A DNA stretch of 64,000 bases from Nitrospirota bacterium (GTDB taxonomy: Bacteria; Nitrospirota; Nitrospiria; Nitrospirales; Nitrospiraceae): assembly GCA_963703955.1 (NCBI GenBank), contig CAVPGK010000006.1, forward strand, positions 96,001 through 160,000, in the 5' to 3' direction. Made by a program: the position numbers and the translations under genes. This document shows positions 1 through 10,314 of this stretch, in pieces. The notes beneath the pieces were generated by a model, which saw nothing but the letters and a program-made list of their open reading frames with translations, searched no databases and was not told where the DNA came from. Numbering within the stretch: position 1 is the first letter of the stretch; every line of letters begins with the position of its first letter.

Positions 1-12
1 ACCTGAAGGGAA

Positions 13-447
13 TTACAGCGTTCCCCAATTCTTAAAATAACGCAAAAGGTCCCGCACGGAGATGATTCCGACAATCTGACTGTCTTGGGTAATGACTAGG
101 TGTCTAATTCCTTTTTCAGACATGAGATCGCTGGCCTCATGAGCCGAGCGGTCGATCTCAATGGTGATCAAAGGACTGCTCATAATGGACTGCACCGGAG
201 TCTGGTCCGGATTGAGGCCAACGGCCATCGCCTTCCGAACCAGGTCCGACTCACTCACCACCCCCAGATAGACGCCGTCACTGAGAACCAGCAAGGCGCC
301 GACCCGTGAATTTCGCATCAGCCCGGCGGCTTCCGACAGAGTGGCCTCAGGGCGAATCGTTCGAATCTCGCGATTCATCATGACCGCCAAGGGGCGCAGA
401 ATCGCACCCATCTGCATGGCCATGTCGCGCCTCCTGCCCTCAAGCAA
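13..447 (-). CDS. CBS-domain pair protein
   Basis: Two CBS repeats (…GVVSESDL…, …GIISVRDL…); the true start may be a downstream Met. Confidence 0.9.
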   Translation of the reverse strand: MLEGRRRDMAMQMGAILRPLAVMMNREIRTIRPEATLSEAAGLMRNSRVGALLVLSDGVYLGVVSESDLVRKAMAVGLNPDQTPVQSIMSSPLITIEIDRSAHEASDLMSEKGIRHLVITQDSQIVGIISVRDLLRYFKNWGTL

Positions 448-636
448 CGAGGAAGAGATTGTACTGGGAGCCCCGTAGGCGTGTCAATCGATGATCCGCC
501 TTGCCACGCTCGCGGCTCGGCCCGGGGATCGGCCCTCTTGCTTGCGGGTCTATCAATGTCTTGTTATACTTTCGGCGTTATATTCCCAGGCCAGAGTCCT
601 CACAGTGTCTTCACCCATTAGGAGCGGAGTTTCGAC

Positions 637-1959
637 ATGTATATCAGTGTGATTGGAACGGGGTACGTCGGCCTAGTAACCGGAGCCTGCTTCGCGGAGT
701 TCGGCCTGAACGTGGCGTGCATGGACGTCGACGCCCGGCGAGTGACCCGGTTGGAGAAAGGGGATGTCCCCTTTTATGAGCCCGGGGTGACTGAACTCGT
801 CGCAAAGGGCCTTCGTGAGAATCGTCTGACCTTCACCACGGACATCGCCAAAGCGGTCGACCAGGCTCTCGTGATCTTCATCGCGGTCGGGACCCCCACG
901 CTAAGTGATGGATCTGCGGATCTGTCCTATGTCGAAGAAGTCGGACGCGGCATAGCTCGCACGATGACCGGATACAAAGTCATCGCCACCAAATCAACCG
1001 TCCCTGTGGGAACGGGGGAAAAACTACGAGAAGTGATACGGGCCCACCAGCCCAACCGGCGTGGATTTGACATTGTCTCCAATCCCGAGTTCCTCCGTGA
1101 AGGCTCCGCGATTGAAGACTTTCTACGCCCCGATCGTGTCGTGATCGGCGCCGACAGCGATCAGGCGATTGCGATCATGAAAAACCTCTACCGGCCGCTC
1201 TATCTGCTGGAAACACCTTTTGTGGTCACCGATATTCCCACCGCCGAGATGATCAAGTACGCCTCCAACGCCTTCCTCGCCACCAAGGTGTCCTTCATCA
1301 ATGAGATCGCCAATCTCTCCGAGCGCGTCGGCGCCGATGTGCAGATCGTCGCCAAAGCGATGGGACTGGACCGCCGGATCGGTCCGAAATTTTTGCATGC
1401 CGGTCCCGGCTTCGGCGGATCCTGCTTTCCCAAAGATGTGGCTGCGCTCATTCAGACGGGCGAGAAGGCCGGACATCAGATGGAGATCATACGCGCAGCC
1501 GCCCGCGTGAACGAACGCCAACGGCTGCTGATGGTCGAAAAAATTCAGCGCGCGCTTGGCGAGTTGAATGGGAAAACGATCGGCATGTTGGGGCTCTCAT
1601 TCAAACCGAACACCAGTGATCTCCGGGAAGCGCCCGCCCTCTTCATCGCTGAACGGCTTCTGTCGGAGGGATGTAACGTGCGGGTCTGCGATCCTGCCGC
1701 CCTTGAAGAAGGGGCTAAGCTCCTCCCAGGAGCGACTATCTGTACGGACCCATACGAAGCAGCCCGCGGGGCGGATGCGCTGATGCTAGTCACGGAGTGG
1801 AATCAGTTCCGCAATTTGGACTTTGAAAAAATCAAGGCCGCCTTGCGTCGTCCTATTTTCATAGACCTCCGAAACGTCTATGAAGCGGACCGAATGGCAG
1901 CTCTTGGGTTCCGTTACATCTCGGTTGGCCGCCCTACACGAGAACCCCAGGCCACTTGA
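637..1959 (+). CDS. ugd: UDP-glucose/GDP-mannose 6-dehydrogenase
   Basis: IGTGYVG Rossmann motif, NPEFLREG, catalytic GFGGSCFPKD. Confidence 0.95.
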   Translation: MYISVIGTGYVGLVTGACFAEFGLNVACMDVDARRVTRLEKGDVPFYEPGVTELVAKGLRENRLTFTTDIAKAVDQALVIFIAVGTPTLSDGSADLSYVEEVGRGIARTMTGYKVIATKSTVPVGTGEKLREVIRAHQPNRRGFDIVSNPEFLREGSAIEDFLRPDRVVIGADSDQAIAIMKNLYRPLYLLETPFVVTDIPTAEMIKYASNAFLATKVSFINEIANLSERVGADVQIVAKAMGLDRRIGPKFLHAGPGFGGSCFPKDVAALIQTGEKAGHQMEIIRAAARVNERQRLLMVEKIQRALGELNGKTIGMLGLSFKPNTSDLREAPALFIAERLLSEGCNVRVCDPAALEEGAKLLPGATICTDPYEAARGADALMLVTEWNQFRNLDFEKIKAALRRPIFIDLRNVYEADRMAALGFRYISVGRPTREPQAT

Positions 1960-1998
1960 TACTCCCTGAACTCAAGGTGGACGGCCTGCCATCCCAAC

Positions 1999-2709
1999 TC
2001 AACCGTTCCCGATTTGCTTGACTGCTTCTTTGTCGTCTTTCGACTTGGGTTTGTACCCCATCCGATCGAGAACCTTTAAGATCCTCGTCTTGAGTCGCTC
2101 GTCTGCTTCGCCCAGCGCGGTCGCCAACGGCTCGACTGCGGGCTTTCCGATTTTTCTGATGATTTCCGTGACCGACTGACGCAAGTCATCCTCTTCCGAA
2201 ACCAGCAACGGAATCAACGCGGGCACCGAAGGCCCACCCAGCTTGATGAGCGAATCATAGGCCCGTTGCCGAACGTCACCCACCTCATCCGTCAATGACT
2301 CGACCAACGGCCCGACCGCGCGGATATCTTTGAGATCCCCCAGCGCCTCCGCCGCATATTTGCGATTGAGCCAGTGCGTATCCTTCAAATCTCCAAGCAT
2401 CGCATCCGCCTTGACCGCGTTGGGATCCTTCGCGCGAATGCGGAAGCTTTTCGCAAGGCGCTTCCCGCCCTCTTCCACCACCCTGATAGTGGCTCCGTCA
2501 CCGGGTTTGATCTTGTGGAGGTCCTCGAGGGCCTCTTCGGCGACATCCAACACCACTGTCTTGCCATCATACGCCAACAACTCGACCTCTAATTGCTTCG
2601 CCGCCGGATTCACGGAGACCACCTTCTCGGTAACTAGGTTGAACCCGTCCTTCTTTGCCCCGCCCTTGGGACCGATCTGAAGCAGCTTGATCGGAGTCTC
2701 ATCAGCCAT
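1999..2709 (-). CDS. HEAT-repeat protein with N-terminal beta-rich (OB-like) domain
   Basis: C-terminal PBS-lyase-type HEAT repeats (AAEALGDL…AVGPLV); N-terminal non-repeat region. Confidence 0.85.
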   Translation of the reverse strand: MADETPIKLLQIGPKGGAKKDGFNLVTEKVVSVNPAAKQLEVELLAYDGKTVVLDVAEEALEDLHKIKPGDGATIRVVEEGGKRLAKSFRIRAKDPNAVKADAMLGDLKDTHWLNRKYAAEALGDLKDIRAVGPLVESLTDEVGDVRQRAYDSLIKLGGPSVPALIPLLVSEEDDLRQSVTEIIRKIGKPAVEPLATALGEADERLKTRILKVLDRMGYKPKSKDDKEAVKQIGNG

Positions 2710-2724
2710 TGTGTATCCTCATGG

Positions 2725-3492
2725 TTATGGGTGATTCGGCTTCCACCCGAGACTGGCCAAGGTCCCTTCCACGGTTTCCTGGACCATTTCATTCTCATCC
2801 TCCAGCAGGGGCAACAGGAAGTCCACAGCCCGCCGGTCTCCCAAGCGAGCCAAGGACTCAGCCGCATTGCGGCGGACCAGCCAGTCCTCGTCCTTCAGCG
2901 CCTCGATCAGCGGGGCCACTCCGCGAGCGTCCCCGATCTTGCCCAAGGCTTCAGCGGCATGCCGGCGCACCATCCAGTTATTCCCCAAGAGCCCGTCGAT
3001 CAGGGCCTCCACCGCCCGGACGTCACCGATTTTTTTCAAGACACGCGCCGCGTCCTCTCGGACCGTGCCGTCGGTCAGCGCGTCCACCAGGCCGGGAACC
3101 GCCCGTGGATCACCGAGACGTTCCAGCGCCCAAACAGCCGACGACCGGACCGCGCCGTCTTTATCTTTTAACGCCCGCACCAGCGGTTCCACGGCGCGAG
3201 GATCTTTCAGCTTGCCGAGCGCCGAAGCCGCCTGCTCCCGGACGGCCCATTCGTCATCTCGCAACGCTTCGATCAACTCATCCACCACGACTGGTCCCAT
3301 CCGCACAATGGCGCTCGTCGCCGCTTCGCGAATCACCATGTCTTCATCGGCCAGCAGCGTTATCAGTCGCGGGAGCGCTTCCTTTCCCATCTGCCCCAAG
3401 CTCGCCGCGGCGTGATCTCGCAGGGCTTCGTTCTCATCCCGCAACGCGCCGAGCAATTGACTGACTCGATCCGGCTGCTCCATGTCACTCAT
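2725..3492 (-). CDS. HEAT-repeat (PBS lyase-like) protein
   Basis: Multiple VR-x-AA-x-ALG-x-GD-x-RAV repeats; start ATG 3492 overlaps the upstream gene's stop. Confidence 0.9.
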   Translation of the reverse strand: MSDMEQPDRVSQLLGALRDENEALRDHAAASLGQMGKEALPRLITLLADEDMVIREAATSAIVRMGPVVVDELIEALRDDEWAVREQAASALGKLKDPRAVEPLVRALKDKDGAVRSSAVWALERLGDPRAVPGLVDALTDGTVREDAARVLKKIGDVRAVEALIDGLLGNNWMVRRHAAEALGKIGDARGVAPLIEALKDEDWLVRRNAAESLARLGDRRAVDFLLPLLEDENEMVQETVEGTLASLGWKPNHP

Positions 3493-4588
3493 GCCCATCC
3501 TCTTCCTTTCCGGCAGCCGCACCGGATTGAGCGGCCATGGCGCTCAGCTTGTCCACAATCATGCCCGCATTATACGACACCAGCCCATCCCGGTCCGTCT
3601 TCAGCCGCTCGAATAGGTCCGCATAAGGTCTGAGCTTTTCAGTGTCCTTCACTTTGGCCAGCGCCTCAACCGCAAAAATTCGGAGCGGACGAATGGGGAT
3701 GAGCTCCACCAAGAGGTCGACCGGCCTTGCATCGCCGATCAGACCCAAGGCCTTCGCAGCCAACTCCTTGACGCCCGTGTCTTTATCCACTCGGAGCCGC
3801 TCGATGAGCGGCTCGACCGCCCGAATATCGCCGATCTTGCCCAAGAGATCAGCCGCCGCTTCGCGTACCACCCAGTCATCGTCCCTCAAGTATTCAATCA
3901 GGATCTCCACACTCGGACGCCCGATCCCCAGGAGGCCGATCACCGTGGACATGCGCGCATCCTCGCGGAGGTTGGACTCGTCGACATTGCGTAGCGCATC
4001 AAAGGCCTGATCGATCCTCTCCCGAACAGCGTGGAGCTTTTTCAGGGTGCGGACGGCCACGGTTTGGACCACGGGATCGGCGATCGCTTCAACCAGAGCG
4101 TCCGCGGAACGAGGGTCGAGCAAGTGCTCCAGAATCGTCGCGGCCGTCATGCGCGCGTCTTCATCGGCATGCTTGAGCATAGCGGTCAACGGTTGGATGG
4201 AATTGGGGATCACCCCGAGCAATCCGATGACGGTCTGTTTCTGATCGTCCTCCTTGAATTCATGGAGATCCTGCACCAACGCCGTGGCGGCCGCCGTATC
4301 GAGGATTCCGGCCATTTGCTCCAAGGCAATCGCCCCTGCCTTTCTGACCGCAGGATCCTCGTGGCTCAGCAAACGCACCAGGGGAACTCCGCCGCGTGGG
4401 TCCTTGATGCGCGCCAACATCCCGGCCGCCTCCATCTTTAATGCTGCGTCCCCGGTCTCGAGCGCATGAATCAGCCCGTCCACGGCTTTCGGGCCACCGG
4501 CCAAACAGGCGGCGGTCGCCCGCATCCGACGCCAATCCTCTTCGTGCGTCAGTTCCGAGATCAGGGTGTCAAGCGACTCTTTCGGCAT
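3485..4588 (-). CDS. HEAT-repeat (PBS lyase-like) protein
   Basis: HEAT repeats throughout; GGAG before ATG 4588 (ORF open to 4603). Confidence 0.9.
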   Translation of the reverse strand: MPKESLDTLISELTHEEDWRRMRATAACLAGGPKAVDGLIHALETGDAALKMEAAGMLARIKDPRGGVPLVRLLSHEDPAVRKAGAIALEQMAGILDTAAATALVQDLHEFKEDDQKQTVIGLLGVIPNSIQPLTAMLKHADEDARMTAATILEHLLDPRSADALVEAIADPVVQTVAVRTLKKLHAVRERIDQAFDALRNVDESNLREDARMSTVIGLLGIGRPSVEILIEYLRDDDWVVREAAADLLGKIGDIRAVEPLIERLRVDKDTGVKELAAKALGLIGDARPVDLLVELIPIRPLRIFAVEALAKVKDTEKLRPYADLFERLKTDRDGLVSYNAGMIVDKLSAMAAQSGAAAGKEEDGHE

Positions 4589-4680
4589 CGTCGCTCCGGT
4601 CATCGTCGACGAGGACGCGGCTCGTGATTCACCATCGTGGTCGAACGTCCTGCCTGCGCATCTCCTCTTTCAACATCCTG

Positions 4681-5763
4681 TTAGAGACGGTTGGGTCTCC
4701 AACCCAGCCCATGCAAGGCTTCCTTAGCGTAGTACAGGATGTTCTCATCTCGTTCCTTCTTCATAACATCGAGAAGGAACGGAATGGCCGGCTGTCCAAA
4801 CCTGATCAGCGCGCCTGCCGCGTCAGCACGTGTCACCGTGCTCTGGAGAGCGCTGACCAGCGTGGGAATCGCGACCTCATCTTGAAGCTGGGCTAGCGCT
4901 CTCACGGCCTCCGCGATCGTCAGCATTTCCTCGTCCCATCGATCGCCACAGCCGTCGATCGCCCGACTCTGAGCCGGTTTGCTCGTGCCCTTCACCACCG
5001 CGATCAACGCCGCCACCGCGCGGCGATCACCGATCTTTCCCAAGGCTTCCACCGCAACAGGTCGAAGGTCCACATCCGACATGGCCGTCAGCAGAAATTC
5101 GACCGCCCGAGGATCCCCGATATCACCCAAGGAACGCGCCGCATCCGTCCGGACGGCAACGTCCCGATCATTAAACATCAGGCGCAATAGGGGCTCCACC
5201 GCATCAGAGCATTTGATTTTTCCCAACGCTTCCACCGCGTGCAACCGGACCAGCCATTCCTGATGCGTCAAGGCTTCCAGCAAGAAGGGAACCGCGGCAT
5301 GGCCGATCAACGCCAACGCATTCGCGGTGTCGACTCGGACCGCCTTCACCTTATCCTGCAGTAGAGGGATGAGCGGTGTGACTGCCTCGACATGGCCGAT
5401 CCGTCCCAAGGCTTTCGCGGCGTGCATTCTGACAACCCAGTTCGAACTGTTCAACGCCTCAATGAGCGGATCCACCACACGTCTATCCCCGATCGTGGAC
5501 AAGATGGCCGCGGCAGCTTCTTGAACCGTGAGATTGGGATCCCGGAGACACACGCCCACGGCAGGAACGGCCCCCTCTCCAATGGCCCTCAAGGCATCAG
5601 CCGCGGCCGTCCGCACCGCACGGTCAGAGTCTCTGAGCACTCTCACTAACGGCTCCACAGCTCTCTCATCGCGATAGGATCCTAGTAAAGTTGCCGCCTC
5701 CTCGCGGACAGACCAGTCCTCATCCGTTAGTGCCGCAATCTGTTCTCTGACACTATCAGCCAC
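4681..5763 (-). CDS. HEAT-repeat (PBS lyase-like) protein
   Basis: About 10 HEAT repeats with a GCGDRWDEE insertion; GTG start. Confidence 0.9.
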   Translation of the reverse strand: MADSVREQIAALTDEDWSVREEAATLLGSYRDERAVEPLVRVLRDSDRAVRTAAADALRAIGEGAVPAVGVCLRDPNLTVQEAAAAILSTIGDRRVVDPLIEALNSSNWVVRMHAAKALGRIGHVEAVTPLIPLLQDKVKAVRVDTANALALIGHAAVPFLLEALTHQEWLVRLHAVEALGKIKCSDAVEPLLRLMFNDRDVAVRTDAARSLGDIGDPRAVEFLLTAMSDVDLRPVAVEALGKIGDRRAVAALIAVVKGTSKPAQSRAIDGCGDRWDEEMLTIAEAVRALAQLQDEVAIPTLVSALQSTVTRADAAGALIRFGQPAIPFLLDVMKKERDENILYYAKEALHGLGWRPNRL

Positions 5764-5906
5764 GGTTAGGCCATCAATCTATGGAAACGATGGATCCGCG
5801 AAGCCTCTCGGAAACGCAACATTTGACCTTAGCATACGCATTTTTTGACGGTCAATAGCGCGAACAAGGTGTGTGCCATCGACCAAGTGCATCGGCCGTC
5901 GTTCGG

Positions 5907-5936
5907 TTGACAGACTCTTCTGCAGACGCTTAGGAT
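5907..5936 (+). promoter_or_regulatory. Putative sigma70 promoter of the 6008 gene
   Basis: TTGACA-18nt-TAGGAT upstream of GGAGG RBS. Confidence 0.45.
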
Positions 5937-6007
5937 ATTGCGGTTTCAACTGCTACGTCAAATCCCTGCCCATTCGCACCGCAAGCCGTTGACGCAAGGA
6001 GGATCAG

Positions 6008-7270
6008 ATGAGCACATCGTCGACCATACACGGACGGACCCGGCTCGGCGTGCTGTCTTTAGCTTGGGCCATTACGATAGGAGCCATCGTGGGCCTGCCG
6101 TCCTTCTCCTTCGCCTACGAGGTATGGGCAACGGATCAATCCGACACAGGCAAGGAGAGCGGGGGATTCCTATACGTGTATGACGGGGCCAAATTGGCGG
6201 CGAACCCGACCGGTACGAAACCGACTGTGACCATCGACCTGGCAAACGAGATCAACAAGTTTTGCGAGGAAGCCACTAAGAAAGCGGTGCGACGCCCTCA
6301 CATGCTGTTTTTTACCAAGGACCAGTCACACGTCATCGTGTCGTTTCTCAGCGGTCACGCGCTCTTTATGGATGCCGCCACCAAAAAGCCCGAGGCTTGT
6401 CTGAACATGGGCAAGAATCTTCATGCGGCCTGGCCGACCCCCGATCAGAAGATAGTGCTCGCGGCCAATATGGCCGAGAAGAAGATGATCCGGATCTGGA
6501 CCGATTACGGCGCTCACACATTTGCCTTCGATCCCGAGAAAGATGTCCTGAATGTGGGAGCGCTGGAAAGCGGAGAGCGGCCGGATAACGCGCCGGTCTG
6601 CCCGATCACGGACGACTCCAGCCAGTACGCCTTTATCACCCTTCGGGGGGGCGGGTTATTGGTCGTCGATGTGACAACGACACCGATGAAGGTCGTCGCC
6701 ACATTCAACAATGTCGAGATCCATCCGGCGGGCTGCGGAGGCATTCAGGTCGGAGATACCCTGTATATCAACTCGGGCGGCGGCGCGCCGGTCGCTCCGC
6801 TCTCCTACGATGTTTACGCCCTCGATCTGTCCAACCTGCCGAAGTCGGTCTCAGTCAAGCTGATCACATCGCGCGATGCGAAGTTTGCGGACTCCCATGG
6901 GATGACGGCCGTCGGCCGCTACCTCTGGAGCGCGGACCGGGCGGGGAATAACATCGAAATCATCGACACGCTGACCAACCTCAGCGTGAACTCCATTGAG
7001 CTGGCCGGTTCCATCAGCGATGACCCTACCCCAGACCTCTTGGATGTAGCTCCTGACGGCTCGTACGTCTTTCTGGGGACGCGAGGTCCGAACCCGCTCT
7101 CCGGGAACGTGAAGGACGTGAACAACGCGAAGGGATCGACCCCGGGGGTCGGAGTGATCAAGGTGATTGAGGGCGGCAAAGGAGGTGAGTTCGTTGGAAT
7201 CGCGCGGATCACCAATATGAAGGATGGAAAGGAGACCGCCGACACACACGGACTCGGGGTGAGAAAATAG
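6008..7270 (+). CDS. Secreted YncE/YVTN-like beta-propeller protein
   Basis: Signal peptide (…SFSFA|YEV), repeated propeller blades with His-containing motifs (RPHM, LHAA, HPAGC, DSHG, DTHG). Confidence 0.75.
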   Translation: MSTSSTIHGRTRLGVLSLAWAITIGAIVGLPSFSFAYEVWATDQSDTGKESGGFLYVYDGAKLAANPTGTKPTVTIDLANEINKFCEEATKKAVRRPHMLFFTKDQSHVIVSFLSGHALFMDAATKKPEACLNMGKNLHAAWPTPDQKIVLAANMAEKKMIRIWTDYGAHTFAFDPEKDVLNVGALESGERPDNAPVCPITDDSSQYAFITLRGGGLLVVDVTTTPMKVVATFNNVEIHPAGCGGIQVGDTLYINSGGGAPVAPLSYDVYALDLSNLPKSVSVKLITSRDAKFADSHGMTAVGRYLWSADRAGNNIEIIDTLTNLSVNSIELAGSISDDPTPDLLDVAPDGSYVFLGTRGPNPLSGNVKDVNNAKGSTPGVGVIKVIEGGKGGEFVGIARITNMKDGKETADTHGLGVRK

Positions 7271-7291
7271 GAGCGGTGGCCCTCAGATTCG

Positions 7292-8683
7292 CTACATGGC
7301 CCCTTTGGCGAGATCCCCTGAGGGGCCAAAGCGCCCGATGTCACCCAACGGCTTATCAACCCGAAGATTGTCCGCCTTGCTGGAGTCGACTTCATCCTCG
7401 TGAGGTGGTTCCCAGCCGAGCTTCTTCAGGGTTTCCATGGCGATCTGCTTCAGCGCGTCCACGGCGGTCAGCCGGCTGGTGGCAAAGGACATGACCCGCT
7501 CCCCTTCCGATTCCACTTCGGAAGCTTTCGGGTCATGCAGGAAGGCGACCAACGGCTCAATCGCCGTGTCGCCGATCAAGACCAAAGACGCCGAAGCCCG
7601 TTCACGCAACACCATGTCCTTGAGCAAAGGAATCAATTCGGGAATGACGCGTGGATCTCGGAAATGTCCCAACGCGGTCGCCGCCGCTTCTTTGATGAAC
7701 GCTTCCTCGCTCACGATGCAACCCGGCGTCGGGGTGCCGTCCTGAGGGATACCTTTGCCCTTCAACGCATCAAGGACCGGCGGAAGCGCGCGCGAATCGC
7801 CGATCATGCCGAGCGACATGATGGCATGCCGCTTCACCGCGCCGTCCTTCATCGCCTCGATCAACGCATCGATGGCCCGAGGATCCCCGATCATGCCGAG
7901 CGCAATGGTGGCGTCTTCCCGTACGGCGCGATCAGGATCCCTTAGCATGTCGATCAATCTATCGACGACCTTGGGATCCCTCACCCACGAGCGGCCGACC
8001 TGGTAGTCGGTTGTCATGCCGCCTAAGGCGCGAACCGCGTGGCAGCGGACTACAAAATCCTTGTCCGTGAGACTGTCCACCAAGAGAGGCACGGACGCCT
8101 CGCCGATCGTAACCAGCGCCGTTCCCGCCGTCTCACGCACCGTCTTCGAGGAGTCCCGGAAGAGTTTGATCAGCGCCGGAATCGCTTTGGGATCGCCGAT
8201 TCTCCCAAGAGCTTCGGCAGCCGTGCTTTTCACGGCCCCGTCTCGATCACGGCACGCCACCATGAGTGGCTCGACCGTCCGGGTGTCCTTGATTTCACCA
8301 CAAGCCTTAGCGGCATGCTCTCGGACCCGCCACCGCTCATCCTTCAAACAATGAATCAGCCGCTCCACAGTCTCGGCGCCGAGGTACGCCATTGCAGCCA
8401 CGGCTTCGTTGCGCACTTCCATAATGGGATCGTTGAACAGCCCGATGAGCCCATCCACAGTCCGAGGGCCGCCGATCTTGGCCGCTCCCCATCCGGCATG
8501 CGCCCGGACGGCCCAGTAGTCGTCGCCGCACGCCTGGAGCAACGCCTCGAGCGTCGTTGGGTCGGCCAGGTCGGCCAACGCCTTGGCGGCCTCCTCCCGA
8601 GTCGCGTCGTCAGCATCTTCGAGAGCCTCGAGTAAATCTTCTACGGCCTGAGCCATGGTATGATCCTCATTCTCCTGCGCCAA
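7292..8683 (-). CDS. HEAT-repeat (PBS lyase-like) protein
   Basis: About 12 HEAT repeats; TPTPGCIVSEE insertion. Confidence 0.9.
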   Translation of the reverse strand: MAQENEDHTMAQAVEDLLEALEDADDATREEAAKALADLADPTTLEALLQACGDDYWAVRAHAGWGAAKIGGPRTVDGLIGLFNDPIMEVRNEAVAAMAYLGAETVERLIHCLKDERWRVREHAAKACGEIKDTRTVEPLMVACRDRDGAVKSTAAEALGRIGDPKAIPALIKLFRDSSKTVRETAGTALVTIGEASVPLLVDSLTDKDFVVRCHAVRALGGMTTDYQVGRSWVRDPKVVDRLIDMLRDPDRAVREDATIALGMIGDPRAIDALIEAMKDGAVKRHAIMSLGMIGDSRALPPVLDALKGKGIPQDGTPTPGCIVSEEAFIKEAAATALGHFRDPRVIPELIPLLKDMVLRERASASLVLIGDTAIEPLVAFLHDPKASEVESEGERVMSFATSRLTAVDALKQIAMETLKKLGWEPPHEDEVDSSKADNLRVDKPLGDIGRFGPSGDLAKGAM

Positions 8684-9154
8684 TTAGTAATCAGGTTGGC
8701 CGCCATACGGCTGCGTTCGACTGCATCTAACCGCAAGACGCTGGGTGCCCCGACCTGACACGCACTGATCCAACGACGGGGCAAAGTCGAGCACTCCATC
8801 CAACGTGACCACGAACGGAAAATCAAAGGTAAAGGTTCCGAAGCGATACGATCCCGGTTTGAGCTTTAAGTCGTAGGGCACCGTTGTCTTGAACGCCTCC
8901 GTACTGTCAGGGTCCATGGTCATGATCATGGTTGTGACACCAGGCACCTGCCACCAGGTCGGTGGGCTCAGCGCGGTAGCATCGATCGTAATAGTGTATT
9001 CCTTGGTATGCAGCGCCGGCGGGGCACCTTCCACCATTGCTGGTGGTCCACTAATAAGCAGGCTCAGGATGACAATCCAAACAGCCCGAAGGAACCCGGT
9101 CGCACACAGCCAAACGTTCTCCGACAGATCACTGTCCCGTTGCGGCGGTTTCAT
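8684..9154 (-). CDS. Hypothetical exported protein
   Basis: Hydrophobic N-terminal segment; abuts the HEAT gene and overlaps the upstream gene. Confidence 0.65.
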   Translation of the reverse strand: MKPPQRDSDLSENVWLCATGFLRAVWIVILSLLISGPPAMVEGAPPALHTKEYTITIDATALSPPTWWQVPGVTTMIMTMDPDSTEAFKTTVPYDLKLKPGSYRFGTFTFDFPFVVTLDGVLDFAPSLDQCVSGRGTQRLAVRCSRTQPYGGQPDY

Positions 9155-10163
9155 TGTGATCGGCTTTCGCCGGACGAGGAGCCCGGAAGATTTCCTCCAC
9201 CGGATAACTGTCCCATTCGGTATGGGTCTCTAACCCTAGCGTCCGGAGGACCGTCGCGCCTGTATCCAAGATGGAGACCGGCTGTTTGATGACATGCCCC
9301 GCCTTGATCCCCGCACCCGAAGCGATCCACGGGACTCGAGGGAGATCGTTGGCTGCCTGCTGACCGTTTCCGCCGGGTTTTCTTTCCCCCATTCCGCTGA
9401 GCGAAGTGACCATCACCGTCGTTCGCCCCAAGAGACCGAGTTCCTTGTAAATGTCCAAAATGGCCCCCACAGCCGTATCGACGGTTCGAAGCGCGTCACG
9501 GTAAGCTTTTGAATTCCATCCTTGCGCGGCTCCGGCGCGGGCCGGTTCCGGGAGATGCACGACTAAGAAATGGGGAAGGGACAAGATCGCATGTCCGTAT
9601 CCGTGACCGCTGGTGGCTTTGCGGAAATAATCTCGGATATACCCCACGACGGTGCCCGTGCTGCACTCCGGTTTCATGGGCCCGCACATTTGATAATCCG
9701 TGTAGGGTTCAGGCTTGGCGAGCTGATACATCGCCTCATCCATGAAGAAAATAGCGCTGTCTTTCCCTCCGCTTAAGTCCAGGTAGTCAAAAAGGGTCGG
9801 GGGCCTCGGATAGCCCCGAATAAAGTCAAATGAGTTCCAGGTGACCCCATGTTTTTCCACTGGCATCCCGGTCAACAGTGACGCCATGGTGGGTAATTGG
9901 AGCGGCGGATTGACGGCGGTAGCGGACCAGGTGACCGATCCGTTCTTCACCAGACGACTGACCACCGACATGGCTCCGGTTTTCAGGGATTCCTGCCCCA
10001 CACCCTCAAAGACGATGAGGATCACATGCTCGGCCCGAATATCACTGGCAGGAAGCACCGTCGGCGGAGTCGTCCTTGCCAGTCCCGCGGCCGTCGGCAT
10101 GATCCCTCCCACCAGACTCGCTATCAAGCCGAAGGTCCACAAACCGCGGATCAAACAGTTCAT
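9129..10163 (-). CDS. Alkaline phosphatase/NPP-superfamily protein with degenerate active site
   Basis: Fold motifs HVILIVFEG, ASLLTG…HGV, VPWIASG, ILDTGAT; signal peptide. Confidence 0.8.
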   Translation of the reverse strand: MNCLIRGLWTFGLIASLVGGIMPTAAGLARTTPPTVLPASDIRAEHVILIVFEGVGQESLKTGAMSVVSRLVKNGSVTWSATAVNPPLQLPTMASLLTGMPVEKHGVTWNSFDFIRGYPRPPTLFDYLDLSGGKDSAIFFMDEAMYQLAKPEPYTDYQMCGPMKPECSTGTVVGYIRDYFRKATSGHGYGHAILSLPHFLVVHLPEPARAGAAQGWNSKAYRDALRTVDTAVGAILDIYKELGLLGRTTVMVTSLSGMGERKPGGNGQQAANDLPRVPWIASGAGIKAGHVIKQPVSILDTGATVLRTLGLETHTEWDSYPVEEIFRAPRPAKADHNETAATGQ

Positions 10164-10314
10164 ACCTGCCCTTTCGCACTCAGCCGAGTAAGTACCTTAA
10201 CACGCCCATTTTCGGGAAGGCAAGGCTAAGAGATTTCAAGGACGGTTTGGGAAGATTTTAGGGAAGGAAGCAGGAGTGACTCAGGGAACTGCGCGGTGGA
10301 AACACCTTCAGTTA

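Noticed and set aside
1999..8683. Phycobilin lyase operon
   Set aside because: The HEAT similarity is generic, and there are no phycobiliprotein or bilin synthesis genes in the window.
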